From positions 69,980 through 93,979 of the forward strand of contig NZ_BCQE01000007.1 of the NCBI RefSeq assembly GCF_001544275.1: DNA of 24,000 nucleotides, in the 5' to 3' direction. Positions 7,484 through 15,917 of the stretch are shown one piece after another. Below the pieces are notes generated by a model that made no database searches, was not told the DNA's origin, and was given only the letters and a program-made list of their open reading frames with translations. The DNA is from Enterococcus gallinarum NBRC 100675. GTDB lineage: Bacteria > Bacillota > Bacilli > Lactobacillales > Enterococcaceae. How positions within the stretch are numbered: position 1 is the stretch's first letter; each line of letters begins with the position of its first letter. The translations under genes and the position numbers were made by a program.

Positions 7484-9823
7484 TTAGGATTTTTGAAGGG
7501 CACCTTTTTTAGCATAGCGCCGAAAAACGCGATGGACCAGTTTACTCGCTAATCGTTGGATAAAGACGGAATAGTTGAGTAATGCAACCAACAAAATCAA
7601 ATTGATATAGGTCGTATTGCCGAGATTAAATAGATCTCTACCGACAATCAATGCGATAAAGTAGAGGAGCTGTGTGCCAAAGAAGACAAATGTCCGGTAC
7701 TTGCTGTTTGGCGGATAAATTTTCCGCTGGATCAAAATGTAATTCCATGCAGTAAAAATCACACACATGATCGATAAAGCTTGACCACTGCTGCCAAACA
7801 AGTGCCCGATATTAATAATAAGTAATGTTCCAATTGCGATCGACAGCGAAGCCGGAAAGGCATTTTTGAAAATAGTAGACAAAAAGGCGCCTTTGATCCG
7901 ATTGAAATCCGGTTCGAAATTCAACAAAAAGGTAGGAATGCCTACAAAACAAGCATTGATGATCGTAAGTTGGATCGGTTCAAAAGGATAAGCGGTCCCC
8001 GATAACAGTGTTCCCATAGTGATCAAGATGGAGAAAAGCACTTGAACTAAAACGAGCGACCCTGAGCGGGTAATATTATTGATGACTCTTCTCCCTTCAT
8101 CCAATACCGAAGGCAGCGCCGAAAACTGGTTTTCCAACAGAACTAAATTTGCCACTTGTCTGGCTGCATCGACTCCTGATGCCATCGCGATAGAACAATC
8201 GGCTTCTTTAAGAGCTAGGACATCGTTGACCCCATCTCCTGTCATAGCAACCGTATGATTCATTTCTTTTAAATAAATGACCATTTCTTTTTTTTGCTGT
8301 GGAGTTACTCTACCAAAAATCTGATAGTTGCCGACTGCCTCTTTCAGTTCTTCGGAGGTAAGCGTCGAAACATCGATATAATCAGACGCTCCGGGAAGAT
8401 TGACTTTTTTGGCGATTTGACTAACCGTGACCGGATCATCTCCAGAAATGATCTTGCACTGAATGGCTTGGGATCTGAAATACTCTAGAGTAGCTTTGGC
8501 ATCTGATCGGACCGTATCCGATAATAAGAAAAATCCTAAAGGTTCAATCGTTGCAGGCAACTCATGATTTTCGCAAGTCTGAGGGCTATGTGCCAATACA
8601 ATGACCCGATACCCTTGTTCAGCCAGCGCTCGTTCTTGTTTTAAAACAGGGGCATGCTCTTTTGATAAAAGAATAGAGGCCGCACCAATAAAGTAGGTCC
8701 CTTTCCCTTCAAAAGAAACACAGCTGAATTTTCGTTCCGAAGAAAAAGGCACGACATGCTGCATCACATACGTTTCCTTCTCTGGAAAGAAGTCTCTTAA
8801 TGCCATGGCCGTTGGGTTCTTGTCCGGTAAATGTGCCAGTAGATTTTGCGTGATCTCTGCCATTTCTTCTTCGGAGGTAAAAGGGATCACTTTCTCTACT
8901 GTCATTTGTCCTTCTGTGATCGTTCCCGTTTTATCTAAGCAAAGAACATCCACTCGTGCTAACGCATCGATACAGTTAAGCTCTTGCACCAAGACTTTTT
9001 TTCGTGCCAGATAGACGGCACTGATGGTTAAGGTCACACTCGTTAGTAAAAATAATCCTTCCGGAAACATTCCTACAGCTGCGGCGACAGTTCGCAAAAT
9101 GGCTTTGTTGAAAGAGGCATGCGTAATAAAATATTGTTTCAGGAATAACAACGTACACAATGGAATCAGAATCATACTGATCCAGCGAATGACTTTGTTC
9201 AGACTTCCTTGAATCAAGTATTTTTGTCGCTTGATCGTTTTCGCTTCCTTATTGATTTTTTCAATATAATTTTCTTCGCCGACGTGGATGACTTGGCAAA
9301 GTGCCTCACCGGCTGTGACAAAGCTGCCTGAAAACAGTTCAGCATCGGGTTCTTTACTGATGCTATCCATTTCTCCTGTCAATAGCGATTCATTCACTTC
9401 CAATGAGCCTTCAATGACTTTGGCATCTGCTGGTACTTGGTCGCCATTCTTCAATAACAGAATGTCATCTAGGACTAATTTATGGATCGGCAATGTTTCT
9501 AAATTGCCATCACGATACACATTGACTTTGGCAACTTTTAACAGCGCCAGTTTATCAAGGGTCCGCTTCGAACGGATTTCTTGAAACATGTTAATGATCA
9601 CATTACTAAAAACGACAAAAACGAATAAGCCATTCTGATAAGAACCAGTTAATGCCACTAAGAAAAAGAGGAGGCTGTTAATCAGATTAAAAAAAGTAAA
9701 AACATTTGTAAAAATGATTTTCGGATACGAATTCGTCTTATCTTTCTTTGATTTGTTGACTTCTCCGCGTTGAATCCGTGCTTTTACCTCTGCTGTGGTT
9801 AATCCATATTTTTTTTCGATGAT
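7484..9823 (-). CDS. Cation-translocating P-type ATPase (P2/P3-like, PEGL motif); start codon unresolved
   Basis: Motifs seen are LTGE (actuator), PEGL, DKTGTIT (phosphorylation site) and TGDGVNDVLALKEAD (hinge), plus about 10 TM segments. The track ORF starts at GTG 9658. The frame stays open for 55 more codons up to a TGA at 9829..9827. That stretch encodes the conserved N-terminal domain (IEKKYGLTTAEVKARIQRGEVNKSKKDKTNSYPKIIFTNVFTFFNLINSLLFFL) with no ATG, GTG or TTG. See the finding. The upper coordinate is the first ATC after a strong SD. Confidence 0.85.
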   Translation of the reverse strand: MIEKKYGLTTAEVKARIQRGEVNKSKKDKTNSYPKIIFTNVFTFFNLINSLLFFLVALTGSYQNGLFVFVVFSNVIINMFQEIRSKRTLDKLALLKVAKVNVYRDGNLETLPIHKLVLDDILLLKNGDQVPADAKVIEGSLEVNESLLTGEMDSISKEPDAELFSGSFVTAGEALCQVIHVGEENYIEKINKEAKTIKRQKYLIQGSLNKVIRWISMILIPLCTLLFLKQYFITHASFNKAILRTVAAAVGMFPEGLFLLTSVTLTISAVYLARKKVLVQELNCIDALARVDVLCLDKTGTITEGQMTVEKVIPFTSEEEMAEITQNLLAHLPDKNPTAMALRDFFPEKETYVMQHVVPFSSERKFSCVSFEGKGTYFIGAASILLSKEHAPVLKQERALAEQGYRVIVLAHSPQTCENHELPATIEPLGFFLLSDTVRSDAKATLEYFRSQAIQCKIISGDDPVTVSQIAKKVNLPGASDYIDVSTLTSEELKEAVGNYQIFGRVTPQQKKEMVIYLKEMNHTVAMTGDGVNDVLALKEADCSIAMASGVDAARQVANLVLLENQFSALPSVLDEGRRVINNITRSGSLVLVQVLFSILITMGTLLSGTAYPFEPIQLTIINACFVGIPTFLLNFEPDFNRIKGAFLSTIFKNAFPASLSIAIGTLLIINIGHLFGSSGQALSIMCVIFTAWNYILIQRKIYPPNSKYRTFVFFGTQLLYFIALIVGRDLFNLGNTTYINLILLVALLNYSVFIQRLASKLVHRVFRRYAKKGALQKS

Positions 9824-10234
9824 GTCTCACCCTTTCTTCTTATCATTTGTCATACACTCATTCCATCTTACGTAAGAGTGGCTGGTTAATCTATGGGACT
9901 TCCGGTTGGTTTTTACGGAACTTTTATTTTTTATAGTCTAAAGAATAATTTATCCTCTCATAAATGATGACCTAATTGTGTAAAATATAGCATAATAGAC
10001 GATTGCTTGGCGTTTCATTTTTGTCACTTCACTGTCACACTTTGGCATAATGTTCCTTTCTGACCTCGTTTGTTTTATACTTGAACATTCAGCAACCTTG
10101 TTCTATCAACGATAATCGCAATCCTTTTCTGCTAAAATAAATAACTAGAGTGGTATCATCTTTTTTACGGATTGTTTTTTATCTTTAGAAATTCTAAAGG
10201 GTTGGAATGAAAGTTAAAAGAACATCTCTTCGAC

Positions 10235-10273
10235 AAAAAAGGCTCAAAAACTTTTTGTTAAAGTTTTTGAGCC
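10235..10273 (-). terminator. Strong rho-independent terminator ending the peptidase/C-S lyase transcription unit
   Basis: Perfect 13-bp stem ggctcaaaaactt / aagtttttgagcc with a 7-nt loop. An A6 run on the plus strand gives T6 after the hairpin on the minus strand. It lies 64 nt after the lyase stop. Confidence 0.85.
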
Positions 10274-10336
10274 TTTAATGATTTCTGTTTTTCTGATCAG
10301 CAAATTTTCATACACAAGTATCCTATGACGCTCTGA

Positions 10337-11530
10337 CTAATTCAGATGTTTCTGATCCAAAGAGTCAATGGCCTGCATGAGGCCTGCTAACCCAGCAATG
10401 ATTTTCTCTTTTGGTGCACCTAAATTAAACCGCAAATAAGACTTGCCCTCTGGTCCATAAACCTCACCATTCATGATCGCGATTCTTTCTTTTTTCACCA
10501 GAACATTTTGTAATTCATCCATGCTATAAGGTAAATCTTTTATGTTGATCCAGCCTAAGTAGGTTGCTTCTGGAATAGTGAAATGAATCCGCGGATCAGC
10601 AGACAGTATCTTCTTTGCTTCGAAAAAGTTCTCGTCAATTGTTTGATTGAGTTCAACGACCCATTTCTTTTGATTCCGATAACAGTCCATTGTCGCTAGT
10701 AGCGCAGGATATGGAATCGACGATAGACCATCTCTTGCTTTCAATATCGTCAAAAATCTTTCTCGTAATTTTTCATCCACAAAGATAGCATAAGAGCCGC
10801 CCAATCCCGGCGTGTTGAACGTCTTTGATGCGGAGGATAGCAAAACAACCGGAACCTCAATCGAATCAATAAATTCTAAGATAGGTCGATGTTTTTCTCC
10901 TGGGCGGCGGACATCCATATGGATCTCATCACTCAAGATAGCGACGTTATGCATTTGGCATAGTGAAACCAAGGTAGATAGTTCTTGATCAGTGAAGACT
11001 CGGCCAGTTGGATTGTGCGGATTGCATAGCAGAAAAATCGCTGGTTTTTCGATGGCAAATACGTTGGCTAAAGCATCAAAATCAACTGTAAATCGTTCCT
11101 TATCTTTGGTTAAGGAAAATGGAATCAACTCCCGTTCGTTACCGGCGATACAATGATAAAAAGCATCATAGCATGGAGTAAATGTTACTACTTTGTCTCC
11201 TTTTCGACTTAATAGTTGGATGCAAAGAGATAAGCTATAAATGACACTTGGCGAGTAGACACACCAGTTTGGATCAATCGTACAATCAAATTCTTGCAAA
11301 AACCAATGGCTGATGCTCTGCTTATAATCAAGATGATTCCAGCGAGTATAACCAAAAAAACCTCTAGTCACAGCTTTAGCCAATACTTCTTTGGTTCCTT
11401 CAGGGATCATAAAATCCATATCTGAGATTGAGAAGGGTAATAGCCCTTTTTCTCCGAAACGATCTTGGACATAATCCCACTGGGTCGAATACGTGCCGTA
11501 GCGAGAGCGCTGTTCTTTAAAGTTACTCAA
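10337..11530 (-). CDS. MalY/PatB-family PLP-dependent C-S lyase (class I/II aminotransferase fold; cystathionine beta-lyase-like)
   Basis: The PLP-lysine block is SSASKTFNTPGLGG. The N-terminus from TTG 11530 (MSNFKEQRSRYGTYSTQWDYVQDRFG) lines up residue for residue with the MalY N-terminus as I remember it (..DRHGT.CTQWDYV.DRFG). GGAGGG lies 7 nt upstream of that TTG, so I reject the track ATG at 11548. The gene overlaps the M42 gene by 8 nt. Confidence 0.85.
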   Translation of the reverse strand: MSNFKEQRSRYGTYSTQWDYVQDRFGEKGLLPFSISDMDFMIPEGTKEVLAKAVTRGFFGYTRWNHLDYKQSISHWFLQEFDCTIDPNWCVYSPSVIYSLSLCIQLLSRKGDKVVTFTPCYDAFYHCIAGNERELIPFSLTKDKERFTVDFDALANVFAIEKPAIFLLCNPHNPTGRVFTDQELSTLVSLCQMHNVAILSDEIHMDVRRPGEKHRPILEFIDSIEVPVVLLSSASKTFNTPGLGGSYAIFVDEKLRERFLTILKARDGLSSIPYPALLATMDCYRNQKKWVVELNQTIDENFFEAKKILSADPRIHFTIPEATYLGWINIKDLPYSMDELQNVLVKKERIAIMNGEVYGPEGKSYLRFNLGAPKEKIIAGLAGLMQAIDSLDQKHLN

Positions 11531-12563
11531 GATCGATCCCTCCTTCATCCAATGAACGAATAACTGCAGAAATCAACTCGATCGTCGCTTCAACGTCATT
11601 GATGTCCACGATGGAATGCCACGAATGGCAATAGCGAACCGGCACGCAAAAGACTAGGGTTGGTTTACCGGCCTCTAACTGAACCGAGCCAGCATCCGTT
11701 CCACCTCCGGCTAACAAATCATATTGCCAAGGAATTTGATTGCTTTCAGCAACTTCCTTGCAGTAATCCAACAGCTTTATATTTCCTAATGCGGTTTTAT
11801 CGGCCAGAACAAGACCTGGACCTTTGCCTTGAATACGATTAGGATAGTCCGCAGCTTTTGGCGTATCTTTCCCATTGGCTACATCAATAACGATATTGAT
11901 ATCGGCATCTACTTGCTGCGCGGCAACTTTCGATCCTCGTGTCCCAGCCTCTTCTTGAACAGTCCCCACACCAATGATTTCGACATGTTGCGTTTTAATC
12001 TGATTTTTGATCTGAGCCATGATCGTACAGGCAACACGATTGTCCAATGCTTTACCAATAATCTTCTGCTGATTAAAACTTTTCTTGGCTTGAGTATTTG
12101 GCAAAATCATATCACCCACTTGCAAACCAGCTGCTTCCAATTCAAGTTTTGATTTGGCCCCAAAATCTATATACATCTCACTGATTGGTACTACTTCCGA
12201 CATTGTATGCGTTGATTTTGGGAGTGTTCCCACCACACCTTCTATGATAGAGCCGTTTTTACGACAAGTTGCTCGCACTTGCTGCCCCAAAATGACATGC
12301 CCCCACCATCCACCAATCGGATAGAAGTAAACAAAGCCTTCCTCTGTGATTCGGTGGACAAAAAAACCGACTTCATCCATATGGGCATAGAGTGCGATTT
12401 TTTTCTTTTTTGTTGTCAAATCTCCAAAATAGAGGTTTCCAAATGAATCTTTGAAGCCATTCGAATCAATGATCGTCATCAGCGCCTCTTGCACTTGAGA
12501 CTCTTGACCAGGCAGTGCATCTAAATTAGAAAGACGCATTAATAATTTATCGGTTGCAATCAA
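11523..12563 (-). CDS. M42-family metallo-aminopeptidase (FrvX/YpdE/YsdC/PepA-like)
   Basis: Motifs seen are AHMDEVGFFV, ALDNRVACT and TVQEEAGTRGS. TTG start at 12563, with AAGGAG 10 nt upstream inside the M24 gene. It overlaps the M24 3' end by 17 nt. Confidence 0.85.
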   Translation of the reverse strand: MIATDKLLMRLSNLDALPGQESQVQEALMTIIDSNGFKDSFGNLYFGDLTTKKKKIALYAHMDEVGFFVHRITEEGFVYFYPIGGWWGHVILGQQVRATCRKNGSIIEGVVGTLPKSTHTMSEVVPISEMYIDFGAKSKLELEAAGLQVGDMILPNTQAKKSFNQQKIIGKALDNRVACTIMAQIKNQIKTQHVEIIGVGTVQEEAGTRGSKVAAQQVDADINIVIDVANGKDTPKAADYPNRIQGKGPGLVLADKTALGNIKLLDYCKEVAESNQIPWQYDLLAGGGTDAGSVQLEAGKPTLVFCVPVRYCHSWHSIVDINDVEATIELISAVIRSLDEGGIDLE

Positions 12564-13629
12564 TGGTTATCCACTCCTTACTGAATTCCGTCAAAAGTTC
12601 AGCATTCCCCAGCTCATTTACTAATACATCGTCCTCGATGCGAATACCGAATTTCTCTTTTGGGAAATAGACTCCTGGCTCAATTGTGAACGTCATATTG
12701 GCTTGAATTGGTAACTCATTTTCGGGTGCTAGGGCCGGATATTCATGACAAGAAAGACCAATGCCATGTCCCAAATTATGACTAAAATGATCCTCAAGTC
12801 CCTCTTTCCTCAGTGCTTGTCTTGCGACTTGATCAATCTCTCCTAACGTTTTATTGAAAGAAACCTTTTGAACAGCTGATTTTTGAGCTGCCAACAGGAT
12901 CTCATAAGTTTCTCGAATCTCGGGTTTTACTTCGCCAAAGCCTATCGTCCGTGTGATATCCGAATAATACCCGTCGTAGATCGTTCCAAAGTCAATCATG
13001 ATCAGCTCATTCGCTTCAAGTTTTTTCTGACTAGCATGGGCATGAGGCAACGCGGTACGCTCTCCAGAAGCGACGATTGTTTCAAAAGCTGGGCCTTCGC
13101 TACCTAATTTCTTGCTACGATAATCGAGTTCATTCGCTAAGTCTAGTTCTGTCATCCCTACTCGAATCATTGGCATGATCCGTTCTAATGTTTGATCGGC
13201 AATACGCGCCGCCTGTCTGAGGGCACAAATTTCTTCAGATGATTTGATCATTCTTAAACTTTCCACTATGTTTTTGGTGGCGATTAGCTGACCATTGGCC
13301 TCCTTCATTAAAAAGTGAAGTTCAGTAAAAGTCTGATAGGAGATGGTTTCCGCCTCAAAACCTACCTTCATTCCTGCAATAAATGGTCGCATTGCTTCGA
13401 TCAAATGACTTCCAATCGGGATCTCACAAATTTCCACACCAGTTGTTTGTTGAGACGCTTGTTCTGTATAACGACCGTCCACAAACAAAGTTAATTTATT
13501 TTCAGTAACTAGTAGTAAGCCGTTTGACCCCGTAAATCCGCAAAGATAGCGACGATTCATTTTATCTGTGACTACAAGTCCGGATAATTTTTTTTCCGCT
13601 AGTTTTGCTCTTAATGCATCGATCCTCAT
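12547..13629 (-). CDS. M24-family Xaa-Pro aminopeptidase/dipeptidase (PepP/PepQ/YpdF-like)
   Basis: It has a creatinase-like N-domain plus the pita-bread metal ligand blocks DFG..YDGYYSDITRT, HNLGHGIGLSCHEYP, FTIEPGVY and IRIEDDVLV. GAGGGGA SD before ATG 13629. Confidence 0.9.
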   Translation of the reverse strand: MRIDALRAKLAEKKLSGLVVTDKMNRRYLCGFTGSNGLLLVTENKLTLFVDGRYTEQASQQTTGVEICEIPIGSHLIEAMRPFIAGMKVGFEAETISYQTFTELHFLMKEANGQLIATKNIVESLRMIKSSEEICALRQAARIADQTLERIMPMIRVGMTELDLANELDYRSKKLGSEGPAFETIVASGERTALPHAHASQKKLEANELIMIDFGTIYDGYYSDITRTIGFGEVKPEIRETYEILLAAQKSAVQKVSFNKTLGEIDQVARQALRKEGLEDHFSHNLGHGIGLSCHEYPALAPENELPIQANMTFTIEPGVYFPKEKFGIRIEDDVLVNELGNAELLTEFSKEWITIDCNR

Positions 13630-13715
13630 CTATTTTCCCCTCATTCCTTTTCTAACCTAAATCATCTTTAGTAGTTGATTCTCGTCTCAAGGGTAAACAA
13701 TATACTCAGTTTAGT

Positions 13716-13850
13716 AAAAACGGGGCACAAGTTCACAAGATAAGTGATGACCGATAGAATGGTTTCTTTTGCAAAAGGACTAGTACCCCAATTTACCAGA
13801 CAAGATTCCCACACTATTGTTTATCCGCTACTTGTTCTAACTTATGCCCC
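13716..13850 (-). repeat. Element E2: ~130-nt long-hairpin element with a 3' T-run, between the EIIC stop and the M24 start; terminator/attenuator-like and related to element E1
   Basis: On the minus strand, GGGGCATAAGTT (13850..13839) pairs with AACTTGTGCCCC (13733..13722). That is 12 bp including one G-U, and it is followed by GTTTTT. The interior has further partial pairing (ACAAG/CTTGT, and a central CTTTTGCAAAAG palindrome). It shares the ordered blocks CATAAGT, AACAAGT and AATAGT(C/G)TG with the element at 19303-19472. Confidence 0.6.
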
Positions 13851-13861
13851 AGCCCCTTTGG

Positions 13862-15211
13862 CTAGAAATCAATATCTGTTAAGTATTGTTCATCTTCATC
13901 TGAGATGACTGAGTTGCCTTTTTCTGCTTCTAATAATGCTTCCCGCTCGAATTCTTGTTTCTCCAATACTTTGAAGAATGGCAAATATAAGCCAAAAGAT
14001 AAAGCGACTTGAATCACTTGAATGATGACTGCTCGCCAATCGAATCCTGTGAGAAACCCTTCCATAAATATTGGCACATATGGCGGATCAAAAATCGGGT
14101 AGTTCAGCAAACCTAATTTCATACAAATCATTGGGAACATTCCTACTAATGCCCCACCAAAGATAAATGGAATCATCAAAACTGGATTCAAGATGATCGG
14201 CACACCGAACAACACAGGTTCATTGATACCAAACATGGAAGGAAGTAAAGCAACTGCCCCTACTTTTTTGTATCGTTGTGACTTACTGATGATCATTGCT
14301 AAAACTAAGCCAATTGTCACACCAGAACCGGTAAAGTTTGCAAAGGCCGATAAGGTACCATTCGTAATGACATGGCGTAGTGGTTCTCCCGCTTCGTGCG
14401 CTGCAATGTTCTCGGACAAATATTGCACTGCGATTGGTGAAAGAATCGGGGAAAGAACCGCTGAATGAATACCAAAAAACCAGAAAACCAACCGTAAAAC
14501 TAATACTAGATAAATCACCCATAGCGAATCTAGACTGCCAATAGCCGGTGCTAAAATATCCATGATGACCTGCGGTAAAAGAACACCCCCAGATAAACTA
14601 TCGGTAACCGCACGGATCACAATAAACAAAACCCCAATGGCCGCAGTGGGCGTGATCAATTCGAAAGAACTGGAAACAAAATCCGGAACGCCCTCTGGCA
14701 TTTTGATCACCAACTTGTGCTTCGTGAAGAATTGGTAGAGTTTGACCGAAATAATCGCTATGAAAATTGCTGTAAATAAGCCCTTAGAATCAAGATAGCT
14801 GGCGACGATATTGCCGTTGTCATCCACATCCATTGCTACAATCAAAAAGGCAATTGCTGACAACATCATTGATCCCACTGTATAAAGCTTATAGTGTTCA
14901 CTTAAGAAATACGAAATTGCTAGAACCGCATACAAACCAACTAACCCTAATGAAACTTTTGAAATAATCCCAAAAATATAACCGTAGCTTTCAAACCAAT
15001 TTGCAACTCCCTGTGTAGTAATGAACTCAGGAATAGACGGAAAAATTGCTGCAACAGACCCTAATAATAGCACTGGTGTCATTACGACCATGCCTTTTTT
15101 GATCGCAGTCAAGTAAGCATTACTATCAACTTTATTAGCAACCGGAACCAATGTTTTACGAATAAATGCTTCTACTTTTTCAAAAGCACCCTGTTTTTTT
15201 GGACTTTCCAT
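13862..15211 (-). CDS. PTS sugar transporter subunit EIIC, lactose/cellobiose family
   Basis: Polytopic, and a paralogue of the EIIC at 1079..2389. I place the start at ATG 15211 (MESPKKQGAFEKVEAFIRKTLVPVANKV), with AGGAG 8 nt upstream. The track GTG at 15220 lies inside that SD. Confidence 0.9.
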   Translation of the reverse strand: MESPKKQGAFEKVEAFIRKTLVPVANKVDSNAYLTAIKKGMVVMTPVLLLGSVAAIFPSIPEFITTQGVANWFESYGYIFGIISKVSLGLVGLYAVLAISYFLSEHYKLYTVGSMMLSAIAFLIVAMDVDDNGNIVASYLDSKGLFTAIFIAIISVKLYQFFTKHKLVIKMPEGVPDFVSSSFELITPTAAIGVLFIVIRAVTDSLSGGVLLPQVIMDILAPAIGSLDSLWVIYLVLVLRLVFWFFGIHSAVLSPILSPIAVQYLSENIAAHEAGEPLRHVITNGTLSAFANFTGSGVTIGLVLAMIISKSQRYKKVGAVALLPSMFGINEPVLFGVPIILNPVLMIPFIFGGALVGMFPMICMKLGLLNYPIFDPPYVPIFMEGFLTGFDWRAVIIQVIQVALSFGLYLPFFKVLEKQEFEREALLEAEKGNSVISDEDEQYLTDIDF

Positions 15212-15226
15212 TTTTTTCACTCCTAA

Positions 15227-15565
15227 TTATTGAGTTTTCAATGCTTCATTCTTACGATATGCAACCAACGCTTGTTTCATTACCGTAGCCCCGTCCATGG
15301 ACCCATAGATATCCGACGTTAATAAAACAGTTGGTTTGTTCACTTTATCTGCTTCCCCTTTAATGAAATCATATTTGTGACTCAATTGTGGTCCAACTAA
15401 GATGACATCATAGTCATTGATATAGCGTTCCAATTTGTCGACACCGATTGCCTCCATTGGATAGTCTTTTTCATCTAAGCTTTTTGATTCTTTGACAACT
15501 TTTTTCATTGACTCCATCATCATTGTCGTTGAGAAGCCTCCTGCACAAACAAGCAATATTTTCAT
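15227..15565 (-). CDS. PTS EIIB, lactose/cellobiose family
   Basis: A 112-aa ORF whose N-terminal MKILLVCAGGFSTTMM carries the phospho-cysteine loop. GGAGG 8 nt before the ATG. Confidence 0.9.
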   Translation of the reverse strand: MKILLVCAGGFSTTMMMESMKKVVKESKSLDEKDYPMEAIGVDKLERYINDYDVILVGPQLSHKYDFIKGEADKVNKPTVLLTSDIYGSMDGATVMKQALVAYRKNEALKTQ

Positions 15566-15592
15566 GTTTCTTTCCTCCTACTATTTTTTTGA

Positions 15593-15913
15593 TTACTTAT
15601 TTTCTTCGCTTTTTTCCTTTAACATACCAATCATTTCTTCAATCAAATCGCGTGCCAATAAACTTGTCATTAAATGATCCTGCGCATGAACCATTAATAG
15701 ACTAGTTTCTGTTTTCTCGCCATTCAGTTCACCGGTAATCAACTTTGTCTGGACATCATGGGCATCAATACTCCTTTCTTTGGCTTCTTTCATTTTTGCT
15801 TCTGCCTGTTCAAAATCCCCTTTACGGGCGAATCTTAGCGCTTCAAAAGCTGCTCCTCGCGAATCTCCTGCTGCAGAGATGATTTTAAAAATATCAACTT
15901 CTTTTTCGTTCAT
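15593..15913 (-). CDS. PTS EIIA, lactose/cellobiose family
   Basis: A 106-aa helical protein with the VHAQDHLMTS histidine block typical of EIIA-Lac/Chb. Its SD (GAAGGA) lies within the last codons of the regulator gene, leaving a 4-nt gap. Confidence 0.9.
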   Translation of the reverse strand: MNEKEVDIFKIISAAGDSRGAAFEALRFARKGDFEQAEAKMKEAKERSIDAHDVQTKLITGELNGEKTETSLLMVHAQDHLMTSLLARDLIEEMIGMLKEKSEENK

Positions 15914-15917
15914 TGTT

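Noticed and set aside
8294-9584. Several 60-98-aa ORFs (8294-8488, 8805-9014, 8976-9158, 9024-9212, 9288-9584) inside the ATPase gene.
   Set aside because: They are antisense or out of frame relative to a gene with unambiguous P-type ATPase motifs, and they have no SD.
9824-10010. A metal-sensing riboswitch (M-box or yybP-ykoY) in the leader of the P-type ATPase.
   Set aside because: I could not find the conserved GGGGAGUAG-type or M-box core strings, or a multi-helix junction, in the minus-strand leader. Only a weak 5-bp hairpin (TTCCG/CGGAA) is present.
10207-10278. A 23-codon basic mini-ORF (MKVKRTSLRQKRLKNFLLKFLSL) as a real small protein.
   Set aside because: Two thirds of it is the 13-bp terminator stem-loop of the lyase operon, which explains the sequence without invoking coding. 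It has only a weak SD.
13716-13850. E2 as a T-box leader or other riboswitch for the peptidase/lyase genes, suggested by AAATTGGGGTACTAG, which faintly resembles the T-box AAnnnGGGTGGTACC.
   Set aside because: There is no specifier-loop or stem I architecture, no AGAGA or GNUGNA boxes, and the T-box-like string lacks the GGTGGTACCGCG core. The terminator stem also encloses the whole element rather than competing with an antiterminator. A related copy (E1) sits at an operon end with nothing downstream to regulate.
11660-15705. Short ORFs overlapping the M42, M24, EIIC and EIIB genes (11660-11842, 11829-12152, 12883-13107, 14193-14468, 14283-14522, 15492-15677, 15508-15705).
   Set aside because: They are shadows of well-supported minus-strand genes, with no independent start signals.
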